Virus record (IMG/VR): IMGVR_UViG_3300044691_000535
Coordinates: 1,253 to 65,252 of that record
DNA length: 64,000 nt
Source: a virus
Taxonomy: Duplodnaviria > Caudoviricetes
Reading direction: 5' to 3' (one strand)
Each line of letters begins with the position of its first letter. Position 1 is the first letter of the stretch. Below the pieces are notes generated by a model. That model did no database searches and was not told the origin of the DNA. It saw only the letters and a list, made by a program, of their open reading frames with translations. The translations under genes were made by a program, and so were the position numbers. Of the stretch, positions 36,221-45,338 are shown piece after piece.

Positions 36221-36435
36221 CCTTCGACGAACGCCGCCGCCTCGAAGTGCTGTTGACCGAATACGCCAATGCGAGCGCGGAGAACACACCGAGTGCCATG
36301 GCGAAGGTCATCGACTTCGTGGAGGCGCTCACAGATGGCCTGACCACGCGCGCGCGCTCAATGGGCCAGTTCAACGAGCAGCGCGACACAGCTATTGAGC
36401 GGGTCTCCCCTGGGTTCAAGGCGCGGCACGGCTAA
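36214..36435 (+). CDS. Hypothetical protein
   Basis: AGGAG RBS; coupled ORF. Confidence 0.6.
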   Translation: MLTFDERRRLEVLLTEYANASAENTPSAMAKVIDFVEALTDGLTTRARSMGQFNEQRDTAIERVSPGFKARHG

Positions 36436-37511
36436 TGATTCGCGCCGCCGGCATCCTCTACCTGTCTGCCGCTGGCCACGTTCTGTTGGTCCACCGCACA
36501 GACGGCCAAGGCTGGGCATTCCCCGGCGGGGGCATTGAAGACGGCGAGTCTGCAGAAGATGCCGCACGGCGCGAGTTCCTCGAGGAAACGGGCGAGAAGC
36601 TTGAGGGTTCGCTGACGCTGTGGACGCGGCGGGTTCAGACGAGCCCAGCGCCTGTTGATGCGCCGGCCGGCACTGAGGCTGACGGGGTGGACTTCACCAC
36701 GTTTCTCGCGAAGGGCGCGGAATTTGAGCCGAAGCTGAATGGGGAGCACGACGCCTATCAGTGGGTCGATCGCGCGTTTGCGCTCAACTCCCCGCTGTTG
36801 CATCCGGGCGTGCCGATTGCCTTGCGCCGGTTTGACATGCACGAGTTGGATATAGCCAAGGCCATCGTGTCCTGCGAGTTGGTTTCTCCGCAGCGCTACG
36901 AAAACCTGCTGTTGGTCGCAATCCGCGTTACAGGAACCGGCGTCGCTTACCGTGGCTCGCACGACGAATTCCCCTGGCGCGACTCAGCGCTGTATCTGAC
37001 GGATGAGTTTCTCGCACGCTGCAATGGGCTGCCCGTGATCCTCGAGCACCCGAAAAAGAACGTGCTCAACACCAAGGAATTCAAGGATCGTATCGTGGGC
37101 ACGGTCTTTTTGCCCTATATCCAGGGCGATGAGGTCTGGTCCATCGCCAAAATTTGGGACGAAGAAGTCTCCAGCATGTTGGAAGTGGAGAAGATGTCTA
37201 CCTCTCCGGGCATCGTCTGCGGCGGAACCAAATTCAAGATGCGCGACGGCACCAACCTGTTGATCGAGGACATGCCGAGCTTGGTCGATCATTTGGCGCT
37301 TTTGTATGCGGACCCTGATCCAAACGGAGACGGTAGCGGCGGCGGCCCGACCGGCGAGGGTGTGTGGGATAAAGCGGCTGGCATGGCCGGTGTTGAATCC
37401 ATTGATGCCGTGTTGGTAGCCGATAGCGCCTCCCAATCACCCGATGCGCTGGATGTGATCCTGCGCAAGTTGAAAGTTGATCAAATTGACCGGCTTGCCA
37501 GCCGGCTATAA
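36435..37511 (+). CDS. NUDIX hydrolase fused to a DUF2213-like prohead protease
   Basis: Nudix box GGGIEDGESAEDAARREFLEETG; GLPVILEHP, STSPG, DHLAL, GVWDK. Confidence 0.85.
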   Translation: MIRAAGILYLSAAGHVLLVHRTDGQGWAFPGGGIEDGESAEDAARREFLEETGEKLEGSLTLWTRRVQTSPAPVDAPAGTEADGVDFTTFLAKGAEFEPKLNGEHDAYQWVDRAFALNSPLLHPGVPIALRRFDMHELDIAKAIVSCELVSPQRYENLLLVAIRVTGTGVAYRGSHDEFPWRDSALYLTDEFLARCNGLPVILEHPKKNVLNTKEFKDRIVGTVFLPYIQGDEVWSIAKIWDEEVSSMLEVEKMSTSPGIVCGGTKFKMRDGTNLLIEDMPSLVDHLALLYADPDPNGDGSGGGPTGEGVWDKAAGMAGVESIDAVLVADSASQSPDALDVILRKLKVDQIDRLASRL

Positions 37512-37533
37512 CCCCCTGTAGGAGCATCGAGCA

Positions 37534-38340
37534 ATGGGCGACGAGACAAAGAACGACTCTGAGAAAGAGGGCGGCAAGCTCGATAAGATCTTGTCGCACC
37601 TGGATTCCTTCAAGGCGCGGATGGACGCAGCAGACGATGAGCGCAAGGCCGACAAGGCGCGCCTCGATGCGGCGTGCGCGAAGTTGGATGCGGCGGAGGA
37701 TGAGAAGAAAAAGGCCGACGCAGCGAAAAAGGATGCCGACGAGAAGGAGGAGAAGGAGAAAGCCGACAAGGCCAAGGCCGATGCTGCCGAGGAAGAGGAA
37801 AAGGCCAAAAAGGACGCGGCCGAGAAAGAAGAGAAGGCCAAGGCCGATGCAGCGCGCGCAACCGACTCCAACGCCGACGTGCGCCGAATGATCGCCGACA
37901 TGGAAAAGCGTCTGCCGGCCAACATGACCTCCGCCGACATAACCCTCTTCACAGGCGCGCAACGCCGGGCCGAAAAGGTCGTACAGGCCTTTGGTGACTC
38001 AGCCGGTGCTGACCGGTGGGCCAATGGCGAGACCTACGATGCGTACCGCCGCCGCCTTCTGGGCACCGTCAAGAGTCATAGCGCGCAGTGGAAAGATGTG
38101 GATCTCACGGCGTTCGGCGACAAGGCGCTGGACACCGTCGAGGCACAGATTTATGCGGATGCGTACCAGACTGCGATCTCGCCGGCCAGCGTTCCGGTTG
38201 GCACCTTGCGCGAACACATCTCGATGGATGATACCGGGCGCAAAATCAAGACCTACACGGGCGATCCGGGCGCGTGCTGGGACATGTTCAAAGCACAGCC
38301 GCGTCTCGTAGCCGGTCTCACCGTCAAATTCCCGCACTAA
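37534..38340 (+). CDS. Capsid scaffolding protein
   Basis: Charged K/E/D/A repeats; located between protease and capsid genes. Confidence 0.8.
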   Translation: MGDETKNDSEKEGGKLDKILSHLDSFKARMDAADDERKADKARLDAACAKLDAAEDEKKKADAAKKDADEKEEKEKADKAKADAAEEEEKAKKDAAEKEEKAKADAARATDSNADVRRMIADMEKRLPANMTSADITLFTGAQRRAEKVVQAFGDSAGADRWANGETYDAYRRRLLGTVKSHSAQWKDVDLTAFGDKALDTVEAQIYADAYQTAISPASVPVGTLREHISMDDTGRKIKTYTGDPGACWDMFKAQPRLVAGLTVKFPH

Positions 38341-38364
38341 CACCCTTACCTCACACGCTGCTCT

Positions 38365-38390
38365 AGCCGCCCTTGAGAGGCGGCTTTTTT
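38365..38390 (+). terminator. Rho-independent terminator
   Basis: AGCCGCC-loop-GGCGGCT followed by a T run. Confidence 0.8.
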
Positions 38391-38424
38391 GTGTCCGGCG
38401 CGCGCTGGGCCAGGAGATCTTTCA

Positions 38425-39054
38425 ATGTCAGGCATTAGCATCAACCCGGCGCAAGTCACCAATGCGCCCGGACTTTTCTCCTTATCGTCCGAGGGGTACA
38501 CCCAAGGTACGGCGCTGAATGATCCGGCCGTTCGCAACGAGTTGGTCTCGGGCGTCGTCGCGCCGGCCACGACGGTGCCGATGTGGGGCGGCGAGGCGAT
38601 CACTGATTCGCTGTGGACCGCAGGCGTAGAATCGAGCGCGATCGGCTCGGTGTTGGCGCTTGCGACCGCGCAAGCCAACATCACCGGGTTCACCGTATTC
38701 GATCAGTCCTCAGCGATGTATACGTCGCCGCAGTCACCGGTTCCGTTGGCACCCGCAGGCGATGGCACACGGCCGGGAGGCGCGATCAACTTCTACCGCT
38801 TGGGCTCGGGCGCGCGCATCGCGGTGCCCTGCTCACAGGCCGTGGCTGCAGCACTAGCCCACGGTGCGAGCAACATCGCCGTGTATTGGGACTATACCAA
38901 TCAAGTGCTCCTGTCGGCCCCGGGTGGCACGGCGCTGGCGGTCAAGTTGGTCGGCCTGGACATGAGCGGCACTTCCAAGGTTGTGGTCTACAACAGCGGT
39001 ACCGGGTACGCAACTTGGAATACCTCCGGCTACACGGCCATCATCCAGATCTAA
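38425..39054 (+). CDS. Capsid decoration/cement protein
   Basis: GYTQG, PMWGG, FYRLGSGARIAV; immediately upstream of the MCP. Confidence 0.75.
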   Translation: MSGISINPAQVTNAPGLFSLSSEGYTQGTALNDPAVRNELVSGVVAPATTVPMWGGEAITDSLWTAGVESSAIGSVLALATAQANITGFTVFDQSSAMYTSPQSPVPLAPAGDGTRPGGAINFYRLGSGARIAVPCSQAVAAALAHGASNIAVYWDYTNQVLLSAPGGTALAVKLVGLDMSGTSKVVVYNSGTGYATWNTSGYTAIIQI

Positions 39055-39084
39055 CTCGCATTGCCCTTTTAAGGAGCTTCTTCC

Positions 39085-40107
39085 ATGCCGAATATCGCGA
39101 CGTCCTGGGTGCAGACACACCCCTCCTTCATGGAGCCGGATTTCATCGTCCAATACAACCAGGCGTCCGGAGCATTCAACGCACTGGCGGGCGGTAATCC
39201 GCGTGTCAAAATCGGGTCCGAAGACAAACAAGTCTTCATCAAGACCCTCATGCTGAGCTCGAAAGTCAGTTCGAGCGCCGGTTGGGCGAACCAGTTGCCG
39301 AGCGCAACCGTGGTTCCGGCCATGATCAGCTTCCCCACGTATCTGAACCGCACCCGCGCAGAATACGACCATCACGACACCGCGCAGATGGGTATCTGGG
39401 GGCTGAACATTGCCCTGGCGCAGAGCCTTGCCATGCGCCAGGGTCACTTCCAGCACCTGCGCTATATGCTGCTGAACGGCAACTTGCCGGGTAATGGCGA
39501 AGGGCTGCTCAACACCAATGCTGCGACCTCGGTCAATCTGCCGTCGGACTCGTTCGGTAACAGCTCCGTGCGCACCTACGACAACGGTCAGATGGCGCAG
39601 TTCTTTCTGTCGCAACTCTTGGCGACGAAGCAGCGCACGTACCAGTTAGGCCAGCCGGCGCGATTCACGATCCTGGGACCGCAGCGCACCTTGGGTCAGT
39701 TCGAGTACAACATCGTGCAGTTGACCTCCTATCAGAGGGTCGGCGCCGGTACGGACTCGACCAAGGGCGTGTTGGTGAACGTGGCGGGCATGAACGGCGA
39801 CACCATCGAGTGGTGCTACGACGACACGCTGCAGAACCAGAGCGGCGCAGGCGTCGATACGGTGCTCATCGTGATGCCGGAAGTCGAGAAGCCGAAGATC
39901 CAGAATCCGACCATCAACACCAATGCCTTTGCGGAACTGACTCCGTCCATGAATGCGTGCACGCTGATGTACACGGACATGGCCGCGCCTCGCGAGATCC
40001 CCACCCCGATTCCCGGGGGTGCAATTGACATCGTGTCGGAGATTCGCGCCTCCCCCGGCGTGGGTGTCCGTCCGGAAGGCGTCACGATTGTGTTCATGAC
40101 CTATTGA
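39085..40107 (+). CDS. Major capsid protein (DUF2184-like)
   Basis: AAGGAG RBS; 340 aa; QASGAF, RAEYDHHD, GLLN, APREIPTPI..G; synteny. Confidence 0.85.
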   Translation: MPNIATSWVQTHPSFMEPDFIVQYNQASGAFNALAGGNPRVKIGSEDKQVFIKTLMLSSKVSSSAGWANQLPSATVVPAMISFPTYLNRTRAEYDHHDTAQMGIWGLNIALAQSLAMRQGHFQHLRYMLLNGNLPGNGEGLLNTNAATSVNLPSDSFGNSSVRTYDNGQMAQFFLSQLLATKQRTYQLGQPARFTILGPQRTLGQFEYNIVQLTSYQRVGAGTDSTKGVLVNVAGMNGDTIEWCYDDTLQNQSGAGVDTVLIVMPEVEKPKIQNPTINTNAFAELTPSMNACTLMYTDMAAPREIPTPIPGGAIDIVSEIRASPGVGVRPEGVTIVFMTY

Positions 40108-40116
40108 TCCCAACCC

Positions 40117-40146
40117 GCGCCGCGGATGCGCGTGGCGCTCTCTTTT
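40117..40146 (+). terminator. Putative terminator after the MCP gene
   Basis: GCGCCGCG/CGTGGCGC stem plus TCTCTTTT. Confidence 0.5.
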
Positions 40147-40157
40147 GCGGAGTTCAT

Positions 40158-40682
40158 ATGCCCCGACTATTTATCTGTAACACCTCGAAGCAGCACCACG
40201 ATTTCACCTACAAGCTGCCGCACGAAAACACCTTTCGCATGGAGTCCATCCGCTCCGGATCGCAGATTCGTCTGGCCGTGGACATGACACCCGATGTGAT
40301 TGCGGAGATCATTCATCAGCACACGCCCTACGGCCTGAAGGACGCTACCAAGCTCTCCAACGTCAAGGAGTACGTGGGCTTGTGCTACAGCATCGACAAG
40401 CCGGTGCCGTTGGATAATCTGCTGTACCTGTTCGAGACCAATGGCCCGAAGCTCAACGAGCGCGCGCAGGCCAAGCGCGAGGAGGTCGCCGTCGCCACTG
40501 CCGAGCAGCTGTCCGACAAGATGCAGGAGTTGGGTGTCAGCGTACCGCGCACGGAAGTCACCATGGAGGAGGATACCAAAGGGACGCAATCGATCAATGA
40601 GGGCTACGAGGTGACGCAGTCCGGAGTGGCATCCAAGCACGGCAGTGCGCGCAGCAAGCGAGCTGACCGCCGCGCCGGCTGA
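40158..40682 (+). CDS. Conserved-type head/neck-region hypothetical protein
   Basis: LFICNTSKQ.H.F.Y and GLCYSIDKP; synteny. Confidence 0.7.
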   Translation: MPRLFICNTSKQHHDFTYKLPHENTFRMESIRSGSQIRLAVDMTPDVIAEIIHQHTPYGLKDATKLSNVKEYVGLCYSIDKPVPLDNLLYLFETNGPKLNERAQAKREEVAVATAEQLSDKMQELGVSVPRTEVTMEEDTKGTQSINEGYEVTQSGVASKHGSARSKRADRRAG

Positions 40683-41359
40683 TGTTCGCGAATTCCACCA
40701 CCCCCAACCTGCCCGACTACCTCTTCTTCCTGTCAGCCGTGGCCGGGATTCCGCCGGTCGCCACCCCGGCTGTCTTCCCCACGTTGGTCAGTACCACCAC
40801 GGGCGGCGACACGCTCACGCTGATTGATGTGTCGCAGAATTGGGAGCCTGCTCAGTGGGTCGGGTATTCGGCCGTGGACTCGACGCAAAACGAGGCGGCG
40901 TCCATTGCCTCCAATGCCATTACCTCGCTGACCTTTACGATGCCGCTCGCCAATCCGATTGCGCCAGGGGATCAGTACCTGATTGCGCCGGACATCGTGC
41001 TGAGCTCGCTGGCTATTGCGCTGGAGATCGTGAACGAGGTGTTGGCCTGCGCGTCGCCCCGCATCTACACGCTGGCGGTGTACAACCTGGCGACGGATCG
41101 GTTGATCAACTTTGCGCCGGATGTGCCGGGGCAGACGTTCTTTCAGGACTTGCGCGGGCCTAAGAAGTTGAACCTCACGAGCGTGAGTGTTGGCGTGCCA
41201 TCTCAGGCGAGTGATCAGGGCACCGCCACCGGTATCCTAAATCCGGAGCAGATGAAGACCTTCACACTGCAGGACCTGCAAACATTGAAGACCCCGTGGG
41301 GGAGGGCGTACATGGGGTTTGCTTCGGCATATGGGCCGAGTTTGTGGGGACTCTCGTGA
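40682..41359 (+). CDS. Head-tail adaptor (DUF4054-like) with an inserted beta domain
   Basis: YTLAVYNLA, ASDQGT, LKTPWGRAY. Confidence 0.75.
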   Translation: MFANSTTPNLPDYLFFLSAVAGIPPVATPAVFPTLVSTTTGGDTLTLIDVSQNWEPAQWVGYSAVDSTQNEAASIASNAITSLTFTMPLANPIAPGDQYLIAPDIVLSSLAIALEIVNEVLACASPRIYTLAVYNLATDRLINFAPDVPGQTFFQDLRGPKKLNLTSVSVGVPSQASDQGTATGILNPEQMKTFTLQDLQTLKTPWGRAYMGFASAYGPSLWGLS

Positions 41360-41859
41360 GCCCCGATGACCACAAGACAATCGGCGATTTCGGAGCCAGT
41401 CAGAGCAGCCCCGTTCGTTCACGACTGACATTACACCTAGGAGTAATCGAGCAGCCGTATCGTTCACGCAGTGCCAAAGCCGGGGCGATGACCACGGGCG
41501 ATGTGGCTACTATCCTGGAAGCCAAATACGGAATCCTGGCGGCCTTCTGGCGGATGCACGACCAGGATTGCGCAGGTGACTTCGAAGTGTCGTTGGGCGG
41601 CGCCATGGAGTCGCTGCTGATGGGTCGCGCGGTCGATCCGTGGGGCCGCGCCACGCAGGCGATCCAACAACGCATGAAGGACTTTATCAACTCCAAAGAG
41701 GTGGAGATGGCGGGCATTCCGGGCGTGCCGACAAAGGCGGCGCTCGCAGGGGTCTCGCATAGGCGAAAACATCCGTACGCACGAAGTAACCCGCGACGAC
41801 CCAGTTTTAGGGATTCGGGCACGATGGTCGGTTCATATCGCGCCTGGATGTCGAGCTGA
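41356..41859 (+). CDS. Neck/tail completion protein
   Basis: LHLGV...PY, VATILEAKYG, RPSFRDSG. Confidence 0.7.
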   Translation: MSPDDHKTIGDFGASQSSPVRSRLTLHLGVIEQPYRSRSAKAGAMTTGDVATILEAKYGILAAFWRMHDQDCAGDFEVSLGGAMESLLMGRAVDPWGRATQAIQQRMKDFINSKEVEMAGIPGVPTKAALAGVSHRRKHPYARSNPRRPSFRDSGTMVGSYRAWMSS

Positions 41860-42830
41860 TGGCCCAGATCGGCGAATTAGGCGCGAACCCAACCGCATTC
41901 GCGGGCGCTCTAAGTGATGGCCGGGCGCAAATCAGCTTCGACGACGACGTCACGTTCATGGGCTACACGCGCACGGTATTGCCGCTCGATGGCTTCGTGT
42001 TCTGGATACCGACCGGCATTACGACGGATGTCAAGGGATCATTGCACTACACGCAAAATATCCAGCAGGTCGAAGACGAGACGCAAGGACTGGCGACAGT
42101 CACCTTCACGAGCCAGGAGCCCGTCACACTGTTCAGCGACGCCCCGATCAACACGCTCTACATCGCCAGCATCGGCGGTTTCCGCTTCTCGTTCTCGCAG
42201 CAGCAGGTCTACCCGCAGGCCGGGATTTGGCACTACTTCGGCCACTCGATCCAACCTGCGTTTGCCTCGCAACTGCTCGATCAGGCCAACGGCCTCAAGA
42301 TTGATCTTGCGCAGACGGTAACGACCAACAGTCTGGCGCTGTGGCTGGCGCTGAACAACTATCAGTCACCGTTCTACGATGGCTTCTCGAACGTGGGCGT
42401 ACCGTTCTATCAGGCGCCGATTCAGTTGTATCCGTCGGACATGCTGCCGGCGAATCTGGTGCCGCCGTATGGGTCGGTGCGCATTGGGGATGACGATACG
42501 GAAGCCTTGCAGCCGGTCCCATTTTTGGATGCCGAGCGCAACCACTACCAGCTCGTGGCGGATCGTGTGCGCATCACGCTGTATGGCGTGCAGAACAACT
42601 TGGCGCTGGACTTTCAGGACACGGTCAATCAGTACAGCGTGCAGACGGGCAATTTTGGCGTCATGACCGCGACGCCGTTTCGCGATGCGATTCGCACGCA
42701 GGCGGAGTTGCAGACGCGGGCCATGAAGAAAGTGGCGGACTTTAGAATTTCTTACAACCAGCAGCGCGTGGCCCACGTCGCGCGCCAACTGATCCTGTCG
42801 TGCGTTCCAACGTATCTCATCGCGCCATAA
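41859..42830 (+). CDS. Neck/tail terminator-region structural protein
   Basis: VLPLDGFVFW, PPY..V.I, D.V.ITLYG; synteny. Confidence 0.7.
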   Translation: MAQIGELGANPTAFAGALSDGRAQISFDDDVTFMGYTRTVLPLDGFVFWIPTGITTDVKGSLHYTQNIQQVEDETQGLATVTFTSQEPVTLFSDAPINTLYIASIGGFRFSFSQQQVYPQAGIWHYFGHSIQPAFASQLLDQANGLKIDLAQTVTTNSLALWLALNNYQSPFYDGFSNVGVPFYQAPIQLYPSDMLPANLVPPYGSVRIGDDDTEALQPVPFLDAERNHYQLVADRVRITLYGVQNNLALDFQDTVNQYSVQTGNFGVMTATPFRDAIRTQAELQTRAMKKVADFRISYNQQRVAHVARQLILSCVPTYLIAP

Positions 42831-42872
42831 CGCATTCCGCTTTAGCTGACAGAACATCTCCCCTCGATATTG

Positions 42873-42901
42873 GCCCCGCCGCGTGCGGGGCTTTCTTTTT
42901 T
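42873..42901 (+). terminator. Rho-independent terminator
   Basis: GCCCCGC-loop-GCGGGGC plus TTTCTTTTTT. Confidence 0.8.
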
Positions 42902-42914
42902 AGGAGTTTTACTC

Positions 42915-43232
42915 ATGGGTCAGAATTTTGCCACGACCATCACGGGACTGGGCGGCATCAGCTCGTCGCTGAATATCGCGGCAGCGAAGGTTGTCAAACC
43001 CACGCTGGGGACGTTGTTTCGCGTTCTGGTGCAGGCGGTAGGTACAACCGGCACGCTGACCCTCAATGATTGCGCAACCGTCGCAGCTGCGGCCGCAGGC
43101 AATCAGATTCTCACTCTCCTTACTGCCAATCTGACCGTCGGCCAAGTCATCACGCTCGACTGGCCGTGTCAGACCGGCATCGTCGTTTCGGTTTGCAGCG
43201 GCGGTATCGTCGTATCCATCGCCTTCGCGTAA
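42915..43232 (+). CDS. Small beta-rich structural protein
   Basis: AGGAG RBS; VVK...G.L..V.V...G..G.L.D pattern. Confidence 0.7.
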   Translation: MGQNFATTITGLGGISSSLNIAAAKVVKPTLGTLFRVLVQAVGTTGTLTLNDCATVAAAAAGNQILTLLTANLTVGQVITLDWPCQTGIVVSVCSGGIVVSIAFA

Positions 43233-43238
43233 CCCGCG

Positions 43239-45272
43239 ATGTTCCTCCCCGCCGCCCTCATTGGTCTTGCGACCCCGGTCGCAGCCAGTACGACGGGCAA
43301 CTCGCTCGTCATCAACTGCCAAGGCCTGTCCAGTGGCAGCGCGGGTCTTACGAGTGACCACGCCGGCACGTTGAGCGTTCAGCGCTACGTCGATGCCCTA
43401 GGGGTAATCCCGCTGGGACCTGCATTGACCGCGGCGTTGACTGCGACGGTACCCGGATCCGTCACCTGGGCGGATGGTTTCGCCTCCGGCTCGATTGTGG
43501 TCAGCTTTGTCAACTCGGCGGGCGCCATTGCGAACCTGAGCAATGTCACGGTCAATATGCAGGCCGGCGGCAGCCAGACACCGAGCGCCGGTAACTCGAT
43601 CCTGTTGAAGTCCAGTGCCAACTTTGCCACGGCCTTTCAAGCGGCTAACGATGCGCTGCGTGATGCGGGTAGCGGCACGATCGTGCTGCAGGCGGGTGGT
43701 GTGTATACGCTGCCGGCGAACGTCACGCTCATTCAGGATATCGGCAGCGGCGTGAGTCTCGATGGAAACGGCGCCATTATCTACGCGCCCAATCACACGA
43801 CTGCGCCCGCCCTGCTTCTGACCTCGCGCGCCCCCACGAACGGCTTTCCGATCTCTGGTTACGACACAAACACTAACAATTACTTTCAGAAGCGCGCCAG
43901 CGCCCGCAACTTCGCGATCATTGGCCCCGGCGATGGCATCGGCGTCGGCACCACGAACGGTATCGACGTCAATATGACGGTGCTGGTGGTGAATCGCTCG
44001 CCGCGTCCCACGGTCACCAACTTTGCGGTCTACGGCTTCAACAAGGGCATTTGCCTGCGAAACGAAGGCTACCTATGCGAGTTCACGAGCGGCATCGTCA
44101 ACAATTGCTTCAACGCCCTCTACCTGAACGGCGGCAATACCAGTGCCGAAAATCAGGTCTTTCGCAATGTCACCTTCGGCAACAGTAACATCGGCCTGAA
44201 CATCGACACGGCGGCGGAGAACGGTACCGCCCAGACCACCCGCGTGTACTTCGATACCTGCTCCTTCGATTACAACGGCGTGCAGATCAAGCTGACCGGC
44301 GGCAACGGGGAGCTGCGCTTCAACGGCGGCAACATCGAGAACAATGGCGTTGCGACCTACATCTGTGACCTCACCGCCACGGCCAACAACGTCCTGACGC
44401 TGACATTTCGCGACCTGATCCTGAATTACACGGGTGTGGCGGCCACTGGCTTTACGAACTATTTTGGCATCGCCAACAACGTGCAGGTGCGCATCGAAGA
44501 ATGCTGGATGAACAACATCTTAGGATCGGGCCAGCTGATCAATGGCCTGCACTATCCGGCATTGGCGAACATCACCGGTGCCACGCTGAGCGGCATCGAG
44601 GTGACCGGCACGCGGCTGTTCAACGTGCCCACGGTCGCGCCGCTAGTCAGCCTGAGCAACAACAACTCGTTGCTGGCCGATCCGCTGTTTGCGCAGTCAT
44701 TTTTGGTCGACGAGTGGTTCATTTATAGATTGAACGGGACGTTCTTCTCGCCCGTCAGCCTGAACGATCGGCTGACTCCGACCTCGCAGGCCACGCCCAA
44801 TATTGTGTCCATGCAGAAGGACACCTATTTGTCGCAGCCATGTCTGTCGATCACGCTGGATGCAAACGGAGCACTGGGCGCGAATAATCGCACCATCGGC
44901 TTGATCATCCCACGCCGCGACCGGCGGCTCTTCGGCATCTGGCAGCACGCGGTCTCGGCCGGCAGCGGCACGTATGCCTGGAACATTGCACCGTGCCGGG
45001 TGGATGAGGCCTCCGGCTCCCAAGCGGCGGCGGGCACGGCCTACGGCTTCAATCCGCGCGTTTTCAACATAGGCACTTCGTTCGCGAACGGCACCGCAAC
45101 TCCGACAACCGCCTGGGCGAGGCAAGCGTGGAAGGGCGGCGCGTTCACCAACGACCCGAGAATGGTGTTGCCGGACTGGGCCTCACACATTTTCGTGACG
45201 CTGGATTGCTCTGCGATTAACAACGCGAGTGGCAAGGTCTACTTCACGGGGCTTTTCGCCAACATCTGGTAG
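43239..45272 (+). CDS. Beta-helix (pectate-lyase-like) spike/appendage protein
   Basis: AFQAA..A....G.GTIVL..G.Y, SLDGNGA.I, Asn-rich beta-helix rungs. Confidence 0.75.
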   Translation: MFLPAALIGLATPVAASTTGNSLVINCQGLSSGSAGLTSDHAGTLSVQRYVDALGVIPLGPALTAALTATVPGSVTWADGFASGSIVVSFVNSAGAIANLSNVTVNMQAGGSQTPSAGNSILLKSSANFATAFQAANDALRDAGSGTIVLQAGGVYTLPANVTLIQDIGSGVSLDGNGAIIYAPNHTTAPALLLTSRAPTNGFPISGYDTNTNNYFQKRASARNFAIIGPGDGIGVGTTNGIDVNMTVLVVNRSPRPTVTNFAVYGFNKGICLRNEGYLCEFTSGIVNNCFNALYLNGGNTSAENQVFRNVTFGNSNIGLNIDTAAENGTAQTTRVYFDTCSFDYNGVQIKLTGGNGELRFNGGNIENNGVATYICDLTATANNVLTLTFRDLILNYTGVAATGFTNYFGIANNVQVRIEECWMNNILGSGQLINGLHYPALANITGATLSGIEVTGTRLFNVPTVAPLVSLSNNNSLLADPLFAQSFLVDEWFIYRLNGTFFSPVSLNDRLTPTSQATPNIVSMQKDTYLSQPCLSITLDANGALGANNRTIGLIIPRRDRRLFGIWQHAVSAGSGTYAWNIAPCRVDEASGSQAAAGTAYGFNPRVFNIGTSFANGTATPTTAWARQAWKGGAFTNDPRMVLPDWASHIFVTLDCSAINNASGKVYFTGLFANIW

Positions 45273-45338
45273 CGCTGCCAGAGGGCAGGCGCATCTGGTT
45301 CGTACACCGACATCACAGAAGTTTCTCGGAGTTAGATA

